Shown here: in pieces, positions 11,112-20,556 of the stretch
Position numbering within the stretch: the first letter of the stretch is position 1
Layout of the letters: each line of letters starts with the position of its first letter
Origin: Acidiferrobacteraceae bacterium
GTDB lineage: Bacteria > Pseudomonadota > Gammaproteobacteria > Acidiferrobacterales > JAJDNE01
DNA: 56,704 nt
Direction: 5' to 3'
Assembly: GCA_037388825.1 (NCBI GenBank)
Contig: JARRJV010000010.1
Span: forward strand, 1 to 56,704
Position numbers and translations under genes: made by a program
The notes under the pieces: generated by a model
The model's database searches: none
What the model saw: only the letters and a program-made list of their open reading frames with translations
What the model was told of the DNA's origin: nothing

Positions 11112-12215
11112 CTATTCGCTGCGGGCCGCCGGAATTGCCGGGGTTGAGCTGTGCACGTCCAGATTCTGCGCCCGGTTCCGCAGCGCGTGATCCACAAGCA
11201 CCAGGGCAAGCATGGCCTCGGCGATGGGTGTCGCACGAATTCCAACACAGGGATCGTGCCGACCGGTCGTCACCACTTCGACCGGTTTCCCAACCCGGTC
11301 CACGGTGTCTCCCGCCAGACGAATACTGGATGTGGGTTTAAGCGCGATACTGGCCACAATCTCCTGACCGCTCGAGATCCCGCCGAGCACGCCGCCGGCA
11401 TTGTTGCCGATGAAACCGTCCGGTGTGATTTCATCGCGGTGTTCCGTGCCTTTCTGCTCCACGCTGGCAAAACCGGCCCCCATCTCCACGCCCTTGACGG
11501 CATTGATACTCATCAGGGCCTTGGCGATGTCCGCATCCAGACGGTCGAATACCGGCTCGCCCCAGCCCACGGGTACGCCACTGGCGACCACGTTTACGCG
11601 CGCACCGATGGAGTTGCCCTCCTTGCGCAAGGCATCCATGTATTGCTCGAGCTCGTCCACACGAGCGGGATCCGGGCAGAAGAAGGCATTGGATTCCACG
11701 GCAGCCCAGTCCTTCAGATCCAGGGAGATGGGTCCAAGCTGTTTCAGGTAGCCGCGAACGGTCACACCGTAGCGCTCGCTCAGATATTTTTTGGCGATCG
11801 CGCCGGCGGCAACACGCATGGCAGTTTCGCGCGCGGACGAACGCCCGCCACCACGGTAGTCGCGCACGCCATATTTTTGCTGATAGGTATAGTCGGCATG
11901 CCCCGGCCGGAAACGATCCATGATCTTGCTGTAGTCCTTGGAGCGTTGGTCGGTATTGCGAATCAGCAGGCCGATCGGGGTGCCGGTGGTTCGCCCCTCG
12001 AACACGCCGGACAGGATCTCCACCTCGTCGGCCTCGCGGCGCTGGGTCGTGTGACGCGACTTCCCGGGCTTGCGCCGATCCAGATCATGTTGCAGATCGG
12101 CCGCGGAAAGCTCCATCCCCGGCGGACAACCGTCGACGATGCAACCCAGGGCGGGGCCGTGGGATTCGCCGAAAGAAGTGACCGTAAAGAGTTTGCCGAG
12201 AGTGTTGCCGGACAT
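11112..12215 (-). CDS. aroC: Chorismate synthase
   Basis: [38 protein letters not shown]. Confidence 0.98.
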   Translation of the reverse strand: MSGNTLGKLFTVTSFGESHGPALGCIVDGCPPGMELSAADLQHDLDRRKPGKSRHTTQRREADEVEILSGVFEGRTTGTPIGLLIRNTDQRSKDYSKIMDRFRPGHADYTYQQKYGVRDYRGGGRSSARETAMRVAAGAIAKKYLSERYGVTVRGYLKQLGPISLDLKDWAAVESNAFFCPDPARVDELEQYMDALRKEGNSIGARVNVVASGVPVGWGEPVFDRLDADIAKALMSINAVKGVEMGAGFASVEQKGTEHRDEITPDGFIGNNAGGVLGGISSGQEIVASIALKPTSSIRLAGDTVDRVGKPVEVVTTGRHDPCVGIRATPIAEAMLALVLVDHALRNRAQNLDVHSSTPAIPAARSE

Positions 12216-12316
12216 CCACGGATGGTACCGGCAATTATCGGGCGCGACAATTGTCCCGCCGCGTGCTTTCTGATATGAACAGGTCTGGTTTCTGGCCAGC
12301 GGGAAACGAAAACGTC

Positions 12317-12739
12317 ATGAAGCAATTCGCGCGCTCCACCCCTCTGATTCTTCTCGTGCTCGCCGCAAGCCTTGTCCTGCCCTCCTGCGCCTCCTTGAAG
12401 AGGGGCAAACGCATGGATCAATTCCAGACGACGACCTCGCTCTACCGCAATGCCATTCGCTGGAACAATTTCAAGGCGGCCGCCGGTTTCCTTGAGGACC
12501 CCGGCCAGGCGCTGGAAGAGAACAGCCTGGACCGACTCAGGCTCGTGAAGGTCACGGAGTACGACGTTATCGGAGAGAAGGCATCGCCTGATTATCACAC
12601 CGTCGACGTAACGGCGGTCATTGAATACGTATGGCTCGATCAGATGGTGCAGCGTCGCGTCACAGACCGGCAAAAATGGATCTACGACGATTCCACGAAG
12701 CGCTGGCGGCTCGCCGGCGGCCTGCCGGACTTCAACTGA
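12317..12739 (+). CDS. Hypothetical lipoprotein
   Basis: MKQFARSTPLILLVLAASLVLPSC lipobox; likely start ATG12317. Confidence 0.75.
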   Translation: MKQFARSTPLILLVLAASLVLPSCASLKRGKRMDQFQTTTSLYRNAIRWNNFKAAAGFLEDPGQALEENSLDRLRLVKVTEYDVIGEKASPDYHTVDVTAVIEYVWLDQMVQRRVTDRQKWIYDDSTKRWRLAGGLPDFN

Positions 12740-12746
12740 GCCACAA

Positions 12747-13382
12747 CTAGATTTCGATCAGGTGATTGGGCAACTCGTCCACATCCCCACCTTCGCGGGG
12801 AAAGTGTTGTTGCAGCAGTGATCCGCAGCCATCGATAGCCGCCAGGAAGCCTTCGGTGACCTGGCCGACTGCAACCCGGCGAACAAAGTCGGCCACGATG
12901 GCGTCCCAGGCGCCCTCTTCCACTTGCTGATGGATGCCACGATCGGCAATGATCTCGACATAGTGTTCGGCCACGGACACGAACAGCAAAACGCCCGTGC
13001 TCCCTTCCGTGTTCGCCAGCCCCTGACGGTGGAACTGTTCGTGAGCAAGCCGACTCGCCCGCATGTGCTTCACGCGGGCCGGAATAAGCGCCATCTTCAG
13101 CGGAGACAGGCCGAACACGGCAATACCAACAAGAAATACCAGTATCTGAATGAGGTACACATCGGCCAGACCGGGCTCGATCCAGAAGGCGGAGAATTTG
13201 GACAGCACCAGAACCACAGCCGGCGTCACGAGCGCCACGAGGGCCGCCCACAATACCGGGATGAAGCGATATCCATCGCTCTCCTGGGCAAGCACTGCAA
13301 CGAACTCGCCGCTGGTCCTGCTCTCCGCCTCGCGGATGGCATCACGAATCGAATCCTTTTGCTCCTGACTAAGAAAGGCCAT
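12747..13382 (-). CDS. TPM-domain membrane protein (lemA-operon type)
   Basis: IREAESRTSGEFVAVLA, two TMs, TGVLLFVSVAEHYVEIIADRGI, DELPN; start ATG13382. Confidence 0.88.
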   Translation of the reverse strand: MAFLSQEQKDSIRDAIREAESRTSGEFVAVLAQESDGYRFIPVLWAALVALVTPAVVLVLSKFSAFWIEPGLADVYLIQILVFLVGIAVFGLSPLKMALIPARVKHMRASRLAHEQFHRQGLANTEGSTGVLLFVSVAEHYVEIIADRGIHQQVEEGAWDAIVADFVRRVAVGQVTEGFLAAIDGCGSLLQQHFPREGGDVDELPNHLIEI

Positions 13383-13383
13383 G

Positions 13384-14250
13384 CTACCAACTCCCCGAGG
13401 AGCCACCGCCACCAAAAGACCCACCACCACCGGAGAAGCCTCCTCCTCCCGAAAATCCGCCGCCGCCAATGCCCCCGCCTCCGTAGTACCCTCCGCCAAC
13501 CCAGGGTCCTCCCCGTCCACCGCGAGCGAAGAGCACGAACAGGGTTACAACCGTAGCCAGGACCATGGCAACCAGGATCGAGCCAAAAACAAGCCAGGCA
13601 AGCCCTACGGCCAGAGGCCACATCACGGCCGCAGCTGCAGCGCGACTGAAGACCGATACGAAGCTACCGAGGATCACCACCATGATGATGATAAACGGGA
13701 GATAGTGCGAGCTACGGAAGTGCTGGTGAACCGGCACCGGCGCCGCGTCAACGGCATTCGCGCTTCCTCCCAGGACCCCCAGTATGGATGTCACGCCGGC
13801 GACAATTCCGCCTTGCATGTCACCGGCTCGGAACCTGGGAAGGATGGCGGTACGGATGATGGTGTCGCTCAGGGCGTCGGTCAGGGTCCCTTCCAGGCCG
13901 TAACCGACTTCAATGGAAACCTTGCGTTCCTTCGGCGCCACGACAAGCAGCACGCCGTTGTCCTTGCCCTTCTGGCCAATCCCCCAGTGCCGTCCCAGCT
14001 GATATCCGTAATCCCGGATATCGTAGCCGCCCAGAGACTTCAGGGTAACAACCACGACCTGGTTGCCGGTGGACTGCTCTTCGGCAGCCAGCTGGGAAGT
14101 CAGTTGTTGCTCGGCGGCGGGCGAAAGCAGGCTGGCCTGGTCGACGACGCGGCCAGTGAGCGCGGGAAATTCGGGTTCGGCGCGGGCGGGCATGGCCACC
14201 ACAGCCGCCAGCAGAACCACAACGAAACCAATACGCAGCAAAGAAGACAT
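13384..14250 (-). CDS. TPM-domain protein (YgcG-like) with Gly-rich tail
   Basis: LTGRVVDQASLLS, WGIGQKGKDNGVLLVVAPKERKVSIEVGYGLEGTLTD, and a GGGGFSGGGGSFGGGGSSGSW end; start ATG14250. Confidence 0.92.
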   Translation of the reverse strand: MSSLLRIGFVVVLLAAVVAMPARAEPEFPALTGRVVDQASLLSPAAEQQLTSQLAAEEQSTGNQVVVVTLKSLGGYDIRDYGYQLGRHWGIGQKGKDNGVLLVVAPKERKVSIEVGYGLEGTLTDALSDTIIRTAILPRFRAGDMQGGIVAGVTSILGVLGGSANAVDAAPVPVHQHFRSSHYLPFIIIMVVILGSFVSVFSRAAAAAVMWPLAVGLAWLVFGSILVAMVLATVVTLFVLFARGGRGGPWVGGGYYGGGGIGGGGFSGGGGFSGGGGSFGGGGSSGSW

Positions 14251-14255
14251 CGCGA

Positions 14256-14867
14256 TCAGAACTTCACCTGCGGTACCTTCGTTTTCTCCTCGGAGACCGT
14301 GAAGTTGGCCTTCACCTGTGCGTCCGGATACAACCAGGCCTTCCACCAACGGCCGGGGATGGTGCGCAATTCGGTGTTGTAGACACGGACCGCGTTGATG
14401 TAATCGCGGCGCGCCACCGAGATCCGGTTCTCGGTTCCCTCCAGTTGGGACTGCAGGGCGAGAAAGTTCTGGTTGGCCTTGAGCTGCGGATACCGTTCCA
14501 CCACCACCATCAGCCGCGACAGGGCTGCCGTCAGGTTGTTCTGGTTCTGTTCGAACTGACGCAGGGCTTCCGGATTGGTCAGGATGTCCTTGGGTACCTG
14601 CATTTGCGACACCTTGGCCCGCGCGTTGACGACGGCGGTCAACGTGCTCTTCTCGTGCGCGGCGTAGCCCTTCACGGTATTGACCAGATTGGGTACCAGA
14701 TCGGTCCGGCGCTGATACTGGTTCAATACCTGGCTCCAGGCTGCCTTCACATTCTCATCATAGGTAGGGATGTTGTTGATTCCGCAACCGCCGAGCAGCA
14801 GGGTCGCGAAAAACAGGAGAAAGATATTCGTCTTGCGGATGAACGTATTCTTGCTGGCTGTGGTCAT
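14256..14867 (-). CDS. lemA: LemA family lipoprotein
   Basis: LLLGGC lipobox; AWSQVLNQYQRRTDLVPNLVNTVKGYAAHE; YPQLKANQNFLALQSQLEGTENRI. Confidence 0.95.
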   Translation of the reverse strand: MTTASKNTFIRKTNIFLLFFATLLLGGCGINNIPTYDENVKAAWSQVLNQYQRRTDLVPNLVNTVKGYAAHEKSTLTAVVNARAKVSQMQVPKDILTNPEALRQFEQNQNNLTAALSRLMVVVERYPQLKANQNFLALQSQLEGTENRISVARRDYINAVRVYNTELRTIPGRWWKAWLYPDAQVKANFTVSEEKTKVPQVKF

Positions 14868-14982
14868 GACCCGGCTAACTCCTTGCTTTTTGTTCGCTCT
14901 GCCATCGGAAACCCGCTATCTTGGGGGACGTGGAAATTCCACCAACGCACGCGCCCCGCTTTGGTCTAGAATTGGGACAATC

Positions 14983-15864
14983 ATGCCACGATTCAACACA
15001 AAACGCGTTCTAATCGCGTTAGTGGCCCTGGCAACCCTCGTGGCCGGTGCCCCGGCTGCTGCTGCCAGCCATGAGCACGGCCTTCTATGGAAGATTTCCG
15101 GCCACGGCTACAAGCCCAGCTGGCTGTTCGGGACCATTCATTCCAGCGATCCCCGCGTGACGCGATTGGCTCCCCCGCTGACACGGGTCTTCGACTCCTC
15201 GTCGTCCTACTCCATGGAGCTGATCTTCAGCGGACCCGGCTTCGTGCACATGGCAGAATCCATGTACCTGCCGGAAGATGAAAAGCTCGAGAACCTCATC
15301 GGCGACGATCTGTACAAACGCGTCCGCACGACCCTCTCCGACATGGGCGTGGCCACCGACGACCTCAACTACAAGAAACCCTGGGCGGTCATCCTGAGCC
15401 TCGGCAGCCCCCACGCCAGCCAGGGGCTGTTCCTCGACATGCTGCTCCAGGTCCGCGCGACGATGCAGCTCAAGCCCACCTTCGGACTGGAAAGCATGGA
15501 CGAGCAGATTGCCGTCTTCAACGACATGTCCACCGAAGACCAGGTCTCCCTGTTGACCGAGGCCATGCGCACACAGGCACAGGCAAGGAACGACATGCCC
15601 GAATTGATGCGCGCCTATCTCAACCGGGACCTGACCCAGCTCTACAGCATCAGCAAGCGCATGGAGTCCCGCACCGGATCCACCTACAGCAAGCTGATGA
15701 ACCGCCTGCTGGTGCAACGCAATCTGCGCATGCTCAAGCGCATGCAACCGCGCCTCAAGGAAGGCAATGCCTTCATTGCAGTCGGCGCCCTGCACCTGGC
15801 CGGACCGGACGGACTCCTGGCACTGCTGCGAAAGAACGGCTACCGCACCGAAGCGGTCTACTGA
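14983..15864 (+). CDS. TraB/PrgY/GumN (Tiki-like) secreted metalloprotein
   Basis: Signal peptide; LLWKISG...SWLFGTIH, GLESMDEQI, RNLRM, AVGALHLAG; start ATG14983. Confidence 0.9.
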   Translation: MPRFNTKRVLIALVALATLVAGAPAAAASHEHGLLWKISGHGYKPSWLFGTIHSSDPRVTRLAPPLTRVFDSSSSYSMELIFSGPGFVHMAESMYLPEDEKLENLIGDDLYKRVRTTLSDMGVATDDLNYKKPWAVILSLGSPHASQGLFLDMLLQVRATMQLKPTFGLESMDEQIAVFNDMSTEDQVSLLTEAMRTQAQARNDMPELMRAYLNRDLTQLYSISKRMESRTGSTYSKLMNRLLVQRNLRMLKRMQPRLKEGNAFIAVGALHLAGPDGLLALLRKNGYRTEAVY

Positions 15865-15999
15865 CTCTTCTCTATAACCCCGGACTCCATCGGGCCATCC
15901 GCACCCGCCCGCCGATATCCCCGGCGCGGGCCGCGCAAAAACCGGATGAATCCGGTACACTTCGCCGACTTTTCCCGGGGAAACCATCGTTCGTCCGCC

Positions 16000-18900
16000 A
16001 TGTCTCGCGATACAAAAGAAAAACTCGAAGCGCTGCTCCGTGAACGTATCCTGATTCTCGACGGCGCCATGGGCACCATGATCCAGCGTCACAAGCTGGA
16101 CGAGGCGGGCTATCGCGGCGAGCGTTTCCGCGACTGGCCGAGCGACCTCAAGGGCAACAACGACCTGCTGGTGCTGACGCAGCCGGAGATCATTCGCGGG
16201 ATCCACGAGCAGTACCTCGAGGCCGGTGCCGACATCATCGAGACCAATACCTTCAATGCCCAGGCGGTATCCCTGGCCGACTACGGCATGCAGGAGCTGG
16301 TCTACGAGATCAACGTGGCGGCGGCGCGGCTGGCGCGCCAAGCGGCAGACAAGTTCGCCACGCCCGACCGCCCCCGCTTCGTCGCCGGCGCCCTGGGTCC
16401 ATGCAACCGTTCCGCCTCGGTGGTGGTGGACGTGGACCGGCCCGGATACCGCAACATCACCTTCGACGAACTGGTCGCCGCCTACCGCGAGGCCGCGCGC
16501 GGCCTGATCGATGGCGGTGTCGACACCCTGCTCATCGAAACCATTTTCGATACGCTCAATGCCAAGGCGGCGGTGTTCGCCGTACGGGGATTGTTCGACG
16601 AGCTCGGCACCGAGGTCCCCATCATGATCTCGGGCACCATTACGGATGAGGCCGGGCGCAACCTAGCCGGCCAGAGCGTGGAGGCCTTCTACAACGCCAT
16701 CCGCCATGCGGAGCCGATTTCCATCGGTCTCAACTGCGCCTTCGGCCCGGACAAGATGCGCCCCTACCTGGAGGAGCTCTCGGGAATCTGCGAAACCTGG
16801 GTCAGCGCCTATTCGAACGCCGGACTTCCCAATGCCTTCGGCGAATTCGATCTCGGCGCGAGTGACATGGGCTCGCAGATCGGCGAGTGGGCACGCAGCG
16901 GTTTCCTCAACATCGTTGGCGGTTGCTGTGGCACGACACCGGACCACATTCGCGCCATGGCCGCCCAGGTACACGGCCAGCCTCCGCGCACGGTACCGGC
17001 ACGGGACTACACCCTGCGCCTTTCCGGCCAGGATCCGTGCAACATCGGCGCGGATTCCCTGTTCGTGAACGTGGGTGAACGCACCAATGTGACCGGTTCC
17101 GCCCGGTTCAAGCGTCTGATCCTCGAGGACAACTACGAAGAGGCGCTGTCGGTCGCGCGCGAGCAGGTCGAGGGAGGCGCCCAGATCGTCGATGTGAATA
17201 TGGACGAGGCCATGCTCGATGGCGAGGCCGCCATGCACGATTTCCTGAACCTCATTGCCGGTGAACCGGATATCGCCCGGGTGCCGGTCATGCTTGACTC
17301 GTCGAAGTGGAGCATCATCGAGACCGGGCTCAAGTGTCTGGCCGGAAAGGGTGTGATCAACTCCATCAGTCTCAAGGAAGGCGAAGAGGAGTTCGTGCGT
17401 CACGCGCGTCTTGCGAGACGCTATGGTGCCGCCGTAATCGTCATGGCCTTCGACGAACAGGGACAGGCCGACACGCTGGAACGCAAGACCTCGATTTGCG
17501 AGCGCACCTACCGCATTTTGACGGAACAGGCGGGCTTCCCTGCAGAAGACATCATCTTTGATCCGAACATCTTCGCTGTCGCCACCGGCATCGAGGAACA
17601 CAACAACTACGGCGTGGACTACATCGAGGCCACCCGCTGGATCAAGGAGCACCTGCCCCACGCGCGCGTCAGCGGCGGCGTGAGCAATGTCTCGTTCTCC
17701 TTCCGCGGCAACAACCCCGTACGCGAGGCCATCCACGCGGTATTTCTCTACCATGCAATCCGCGCCGGCATGGACATGGGCATCGTCAACGCCAGCCAGC
17801 TGGCCGTGTATGACGAACTGGATCCGGAGCTGCGTGAGCGCGTGGAAGACGTGGTGCTCAATCGCCGCGACGACGCCACCGAGCGCCTGCTGGAGATCGC
17901 CGATCGCTTCAAGGGCGAATCCGGTGTGGAGAAGAAGGAGGACCTCGCCTGGCGTGAGTGGCCGGTGGCCAAACGGCTGGAGCACGCGCTGGTCAAGGGC
18001 GTCGACACCTACGTGGTTGAGGACACGGAAGAGGCCCGCCAGGCCAGCACCCACCCGATCCAGGTGATCGAGGGTCCATTGATGGAAGGCATGAACGTGG
18101 TCGGCGACCTGTTCGGGTCGGGCAAGATGTTCCTCCCCCAGGTCGTGAAATCGGCGCGCGTGATGAAAAAGGCGGTTGCCCATCTCATTCCCTTCATCGA
18201 GGCGGAGAAGGAGTCTGGCGCGCGCCCCAATGCCCGCATCCTGTTGGCCACGGTCAAAGGCGATGTGCATGACATCGGCAAGAACATCGTTGGCGTGGTA
18301 CTGCAATGCAACAACTTCGAGGTCATCGATCTCGGCGTCATGGTGGCGTCACAGACCATCATTGATGCGGCACTGGAGAAAGATGTGGACATCATCGGCC
18401 TGAGCGGCCTGATCACGCCTTCGCTGGAAGAGATGGCCCACGTGGCAAAGGAGTTGCAGCGCCAGGGCCTGACGGTGCCGCTGCTCATCGGCGGTGCCAC
18501 CACCTCGCGCGCCCACACGGCGGTGAAGATCGAACCCAACTACGAACAGGCCGTGGTCTGGGTCAAGGATGCCTCACGCGCCGTGGGCGTGGCGCAAAAT
18601 CTCGTCAGCGCCGATCTCAAGGCCGACTTCGTGGCCGGGGTTCGCGAAGACTACGAAAAGGTGCGCGAGGCCCATGCCGGGCGTGTGGCCAGGACCGAAT
18701 GGCTGACTCTGGCCCAGGCGCGCGCCAACCGGGCCCCCATAGACTGGTCCGGCTACCAGGCACCGGCGCCCGAACATCCCGGCGTGCATGTGTTGGACGA
18801 CTACGATCTTGCGGAACTGGTGGACTACATCGACTGGACCCCCTTCTTCCATGCCTGGGAGCTCAAGGGAAGCTATCCAAAGATTCTCGATGACCCGGAC

Positions 18901-19689
18901 AAGGGCACCGAAGCGCGCAAGTTGCTGGACGATGCCCGCTCCATGCTACAGCGCATCATCGATGAAAAATGGCTGCGGGGGCGCGCGGTCATCGGCCTGT
19001 TCCCGGCGAATCGACAAGGTGACGACGACGTCCGGATCTATGCGGACGAATCGCGCAGCAAGGAGCTGACCACCCTGCACTTCCTGCGGCAGCAACTGGT
19101 AAAACCCGAGGGCAAACCGAACTACTGCCTTGCGGACTTTGTCGCGCCGGAAGACAGCGGCGTGCATGACTACGTGGGTCTGTTCGCTGTGACCGCCGGC
19201 ATCGGCATCGATGCCCGCGTCGCCGCCTTCGAGGCCGATCACGACGACTACAGCGCGATCCTGTTAAAGGCCCTGGCGGACCGTCTCGCCGAGGCCTTCG
19301 CCGAACGGCTGCACGAACGGGTGCGCAAGGAATTCTGGGGCTATGCTGCGGACGAAGAACTGGACAACGAGGGTCTGATCCGCGAGCGCTACCGCGGCAT
19401 CCGCCCGGCGCCTGGTTACCCCGCGTGCCCGGATCACACGGAGAAGGAGCTTCTGTGGAAACTGCTGGACGTGGAACAAAATGCCGGTATCTCCCTCACG
19501 GAGAGTTATGCCATGGTGCCGACCGCCGCCGTAAGTGGAGTCTATTTCGCCCATCCCGAGTCACGCTATTTCGCCGTCGGCAAGATCAATCGTGACCAGG
19601 TAGAGGACTATGCGCAACGAAAGGGCCTGACGCTGTCTGAGGCAGAACGCTGGCTCGCACCCAACCTCGGCTATTCACCGGACGCCTAG
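16000..19689 (+). CDS. metH: Cobalamin-dependent methionine synthase
   Basis: [13 protein letters not shown]; GLNC and GGCCGT Zn ligands; GERTNVTGS pterin domain; [12 protein letters not shown]12 motif; [12 protein letters not shown] activation domain. Confidence 0.99.
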   Translation: MSRDTKEKLEALLRERILILDGAMGTMIQRHKLDEAGYRGERFRDWPSDLKGNNDLLVLTQPEIIRGIHEQYLEAGADIIETNTFNAQAVSLADYGMQELVYEINVAAARLARQAADKFATPDRPRFVAGALGPCNRSASVVVDVDRPGYRNITFDELVAAYREAARGLIDGGVDTLLIETIFDTLNAKAAVFAVRGLFDELGTEVPIMISGTITDEAGRNLAGQSVEAFYNAIRHAEPISIGLNCAFGPDKMRPYLEELSGICETWVSAYSNAGLPNAFGEFDLGASDMGSQIGEWARSGFLNIVGGCCGTTPDHIRAMAAQVHGQPPRTVPARDYTLRLSGQDPCNIGADSLFVNVGERTNVTGSARFKRLILEDNYEEALSVAREQVEGGAQIVDVNMDEAMLDGEAAMHDFLNLIAGEPDIARVPVMLDSSKWSIIETGLKCLAGKGVINSISLKEGEEEFVRHARLARRYGAAVIVMAFDEQGQADTLERKTSICERTYRILTEQAGFPAEDIIFDPNIFAVATGIEEHNNYGVDYIEATRWIKEHLPHARVSGGVSNVSFSFRGNNPVREAIHAVFLYHAIRAGMDMGIVNASQLAVYDELDPELRERVEDVVLNRRDDATERLLEIADRFKGESGVEKKEDLAWREWPVAKRLEHALVKGVDTYVVEDTEEARQASTHPIQVIEGPLMEGMNVVGDLFGSGKMFLPQVVKSARVMKKAVAHLIPFIEAEKESGARPNARILLATVKGDVHDIGKNIVGVVLQCNNFEVIDLGVMVASQTIIDAALEKDVDIIGLSGLITPSLEEMAHVAKELQRQGLTVPLLIGGATTSRAHTAVKIEPNYEQAVVWVKDASRAVGVAQNLVSADLKADFVAGVREDYEKVREAHAGRVARTEWLTLAQARANRAPIDWSGYQAPAPEHPGVHVLDDYDLAELVDYIDWTPFFHAWELKGSYPKILDDPDKGTEARKLLDDARSMLQRIIDEKWLRGRAVIGLFPANRQGDDDVRIYADESRSKELTTLHFLRQQLVKPEGKPNYCLADFVAPEDSGVHDYVGLFAVTAGIGIDARVAAFEADHDDYSAILLKALADRLAEAFAERLHERVRKEFWGYAADEELDNEGLIRERYRGIRPAPGYPACPDHTEKELLWKLLDVEQNAGISLTESYAMVPTAAVSGVYFAHPESRYFAVGKINRDQVEDYAQRKGLTLSEAERWLAPNLGYSPDA

Positions 19690-20057
19690 CGCGACCAGTT
19701 GTAGGCGCGAACCTTTCCCCTGGCATCGAACTGGACCTCCAGATAACGGATCTGGGGTGCCTCGCCGCCGGACATGTCACCGCGACCATAGTAATAGGTC
19801 CACTTCGTATAGCGCGTGCCGTCCGGGTCCACGCCCACGCCGGTTCCGCCGGGCGCGCCAAGCCAGGCCCGGACCATTTCCCTGGTCGTCACGCCACGCT
19901 GCACGCCGGTTTCAAAGCGCTTCAGGTCGAACGGTGTACCGACCTCCACTGTCGAGCAGGCGGCAATGGAAGTCAGCGCGAAAAACAACAATGCCGGAAC
20001 CCATGGCGATCGCGCTCCCTTTCTCTCATGCTTCCTCAACATACGCCCTCCGGACAA
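19686..20057 (-). CDS. SmpA/OmlA-like small lipoprotein
   Basis: LTSIAAC lipobox; [15 protein letters not shown]...WTYYY...[11 protein letters not shown]. Start may be ATG20042. Confidence 0.7.
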   Translation of the reverse strand: MSGGRMLRKHERKGARSPWVPALLFFALTSIAACSTVEVGTPFDLKRFETGVQRGVTTREMVRAWLGAPGGTGVGVDPDGTRYTKWTYYYGRGDMSGGEAPQIRYLEVQFDARGKVRAYNWSR

Positions 20058-20123
20058 TCAGTCCTGCCATGGTTTCGCAGCGATGTGTCAAGGGTATGAC
20101 AGCAAGACTTTGCGAGCGACTGG

Positions 20124-20429
20124 TCAATCCTCATCGTAGTCGGGCTCTTCCGGTGCGCTTTCCTCCCATTCCGTGGGCGACTCGGTACGATAGTTATCGG
20201 CCACATCATCGGCCTCTAGGTCATCGAAGGGGCCGGTCCAGTCCTCCGGCTCTTCAATCGGTTCCAGACTCATCTGGTACCAGGAATCGCGATCGAATTC
20301 CTCCACATCTCCATCGAAATACTGCACTTCGATGGTTCCATCATCCTCATCCACAGCGATTACACGAAAGCTGCGCCCGCTTTCATCCTCGTACCAGTCA
20401 TCGACATTGGGTCTGCGTGGTATGGCCAT
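20124..20429 (-). CDS. Small, very acidic protein (DUF6763-like)
   Basis: DDWYED...FRVIAVDEDDGTIEVQYFDGDVEE...EPEDWTGPFD; family name recalled from memory. Confidence 0.75.
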   Translation of the reverse strand: MAIPRRPNVDDWYEDESGRSFRVIAVDEDDGTIEVQYFDGDVEEFDRDSWYQMSLEPIEEPEDWTGPFDDLEADDVADNYRTESPTEWEESAPEEPDYDED

Positions 20430-20495
20430 TGCCGCCCCCTGTTGTCATTGCGATCGATACCGTAGTCCTGTCGTCGCGATACTGTCCCTGCCTGC

Positions 20496-20538
20496 AGTGT
20501 AGGAAAGCCGGGCGTTCGCACTCCTTGATCCGGATCAA
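20496..20538 (-). promoter_or_regulatory. FNR/Anr-type box with class-II -10 element
   Basis: TTGAT-ccgg-ATCAA at 20525-20538 is a perfect consensus; minus-strand TACACT at 20501-20496 puts the box centre near -42. Confidence 0.75.
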
Positions 20539-20556
20539 CGCACGCGGTGTAGTGCG

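Noticed and set aside
13384-13500. GGT/GGC tandem repeats
   Set aside because: They encode the standard Gly-rich tail of TPM/YgcG proteins; not a CRISPR array or VNTR.
15865-15999. Possible SAH, SAM or cobalamin riboswitch before metH; ACCGGA-tgaa-TCCGGT hairpin at 15941-15956
   Set aside because: No riboswitch consensus cores visible; a single 6-bp inverted repeat in GC-rich DNA is weak evidence.
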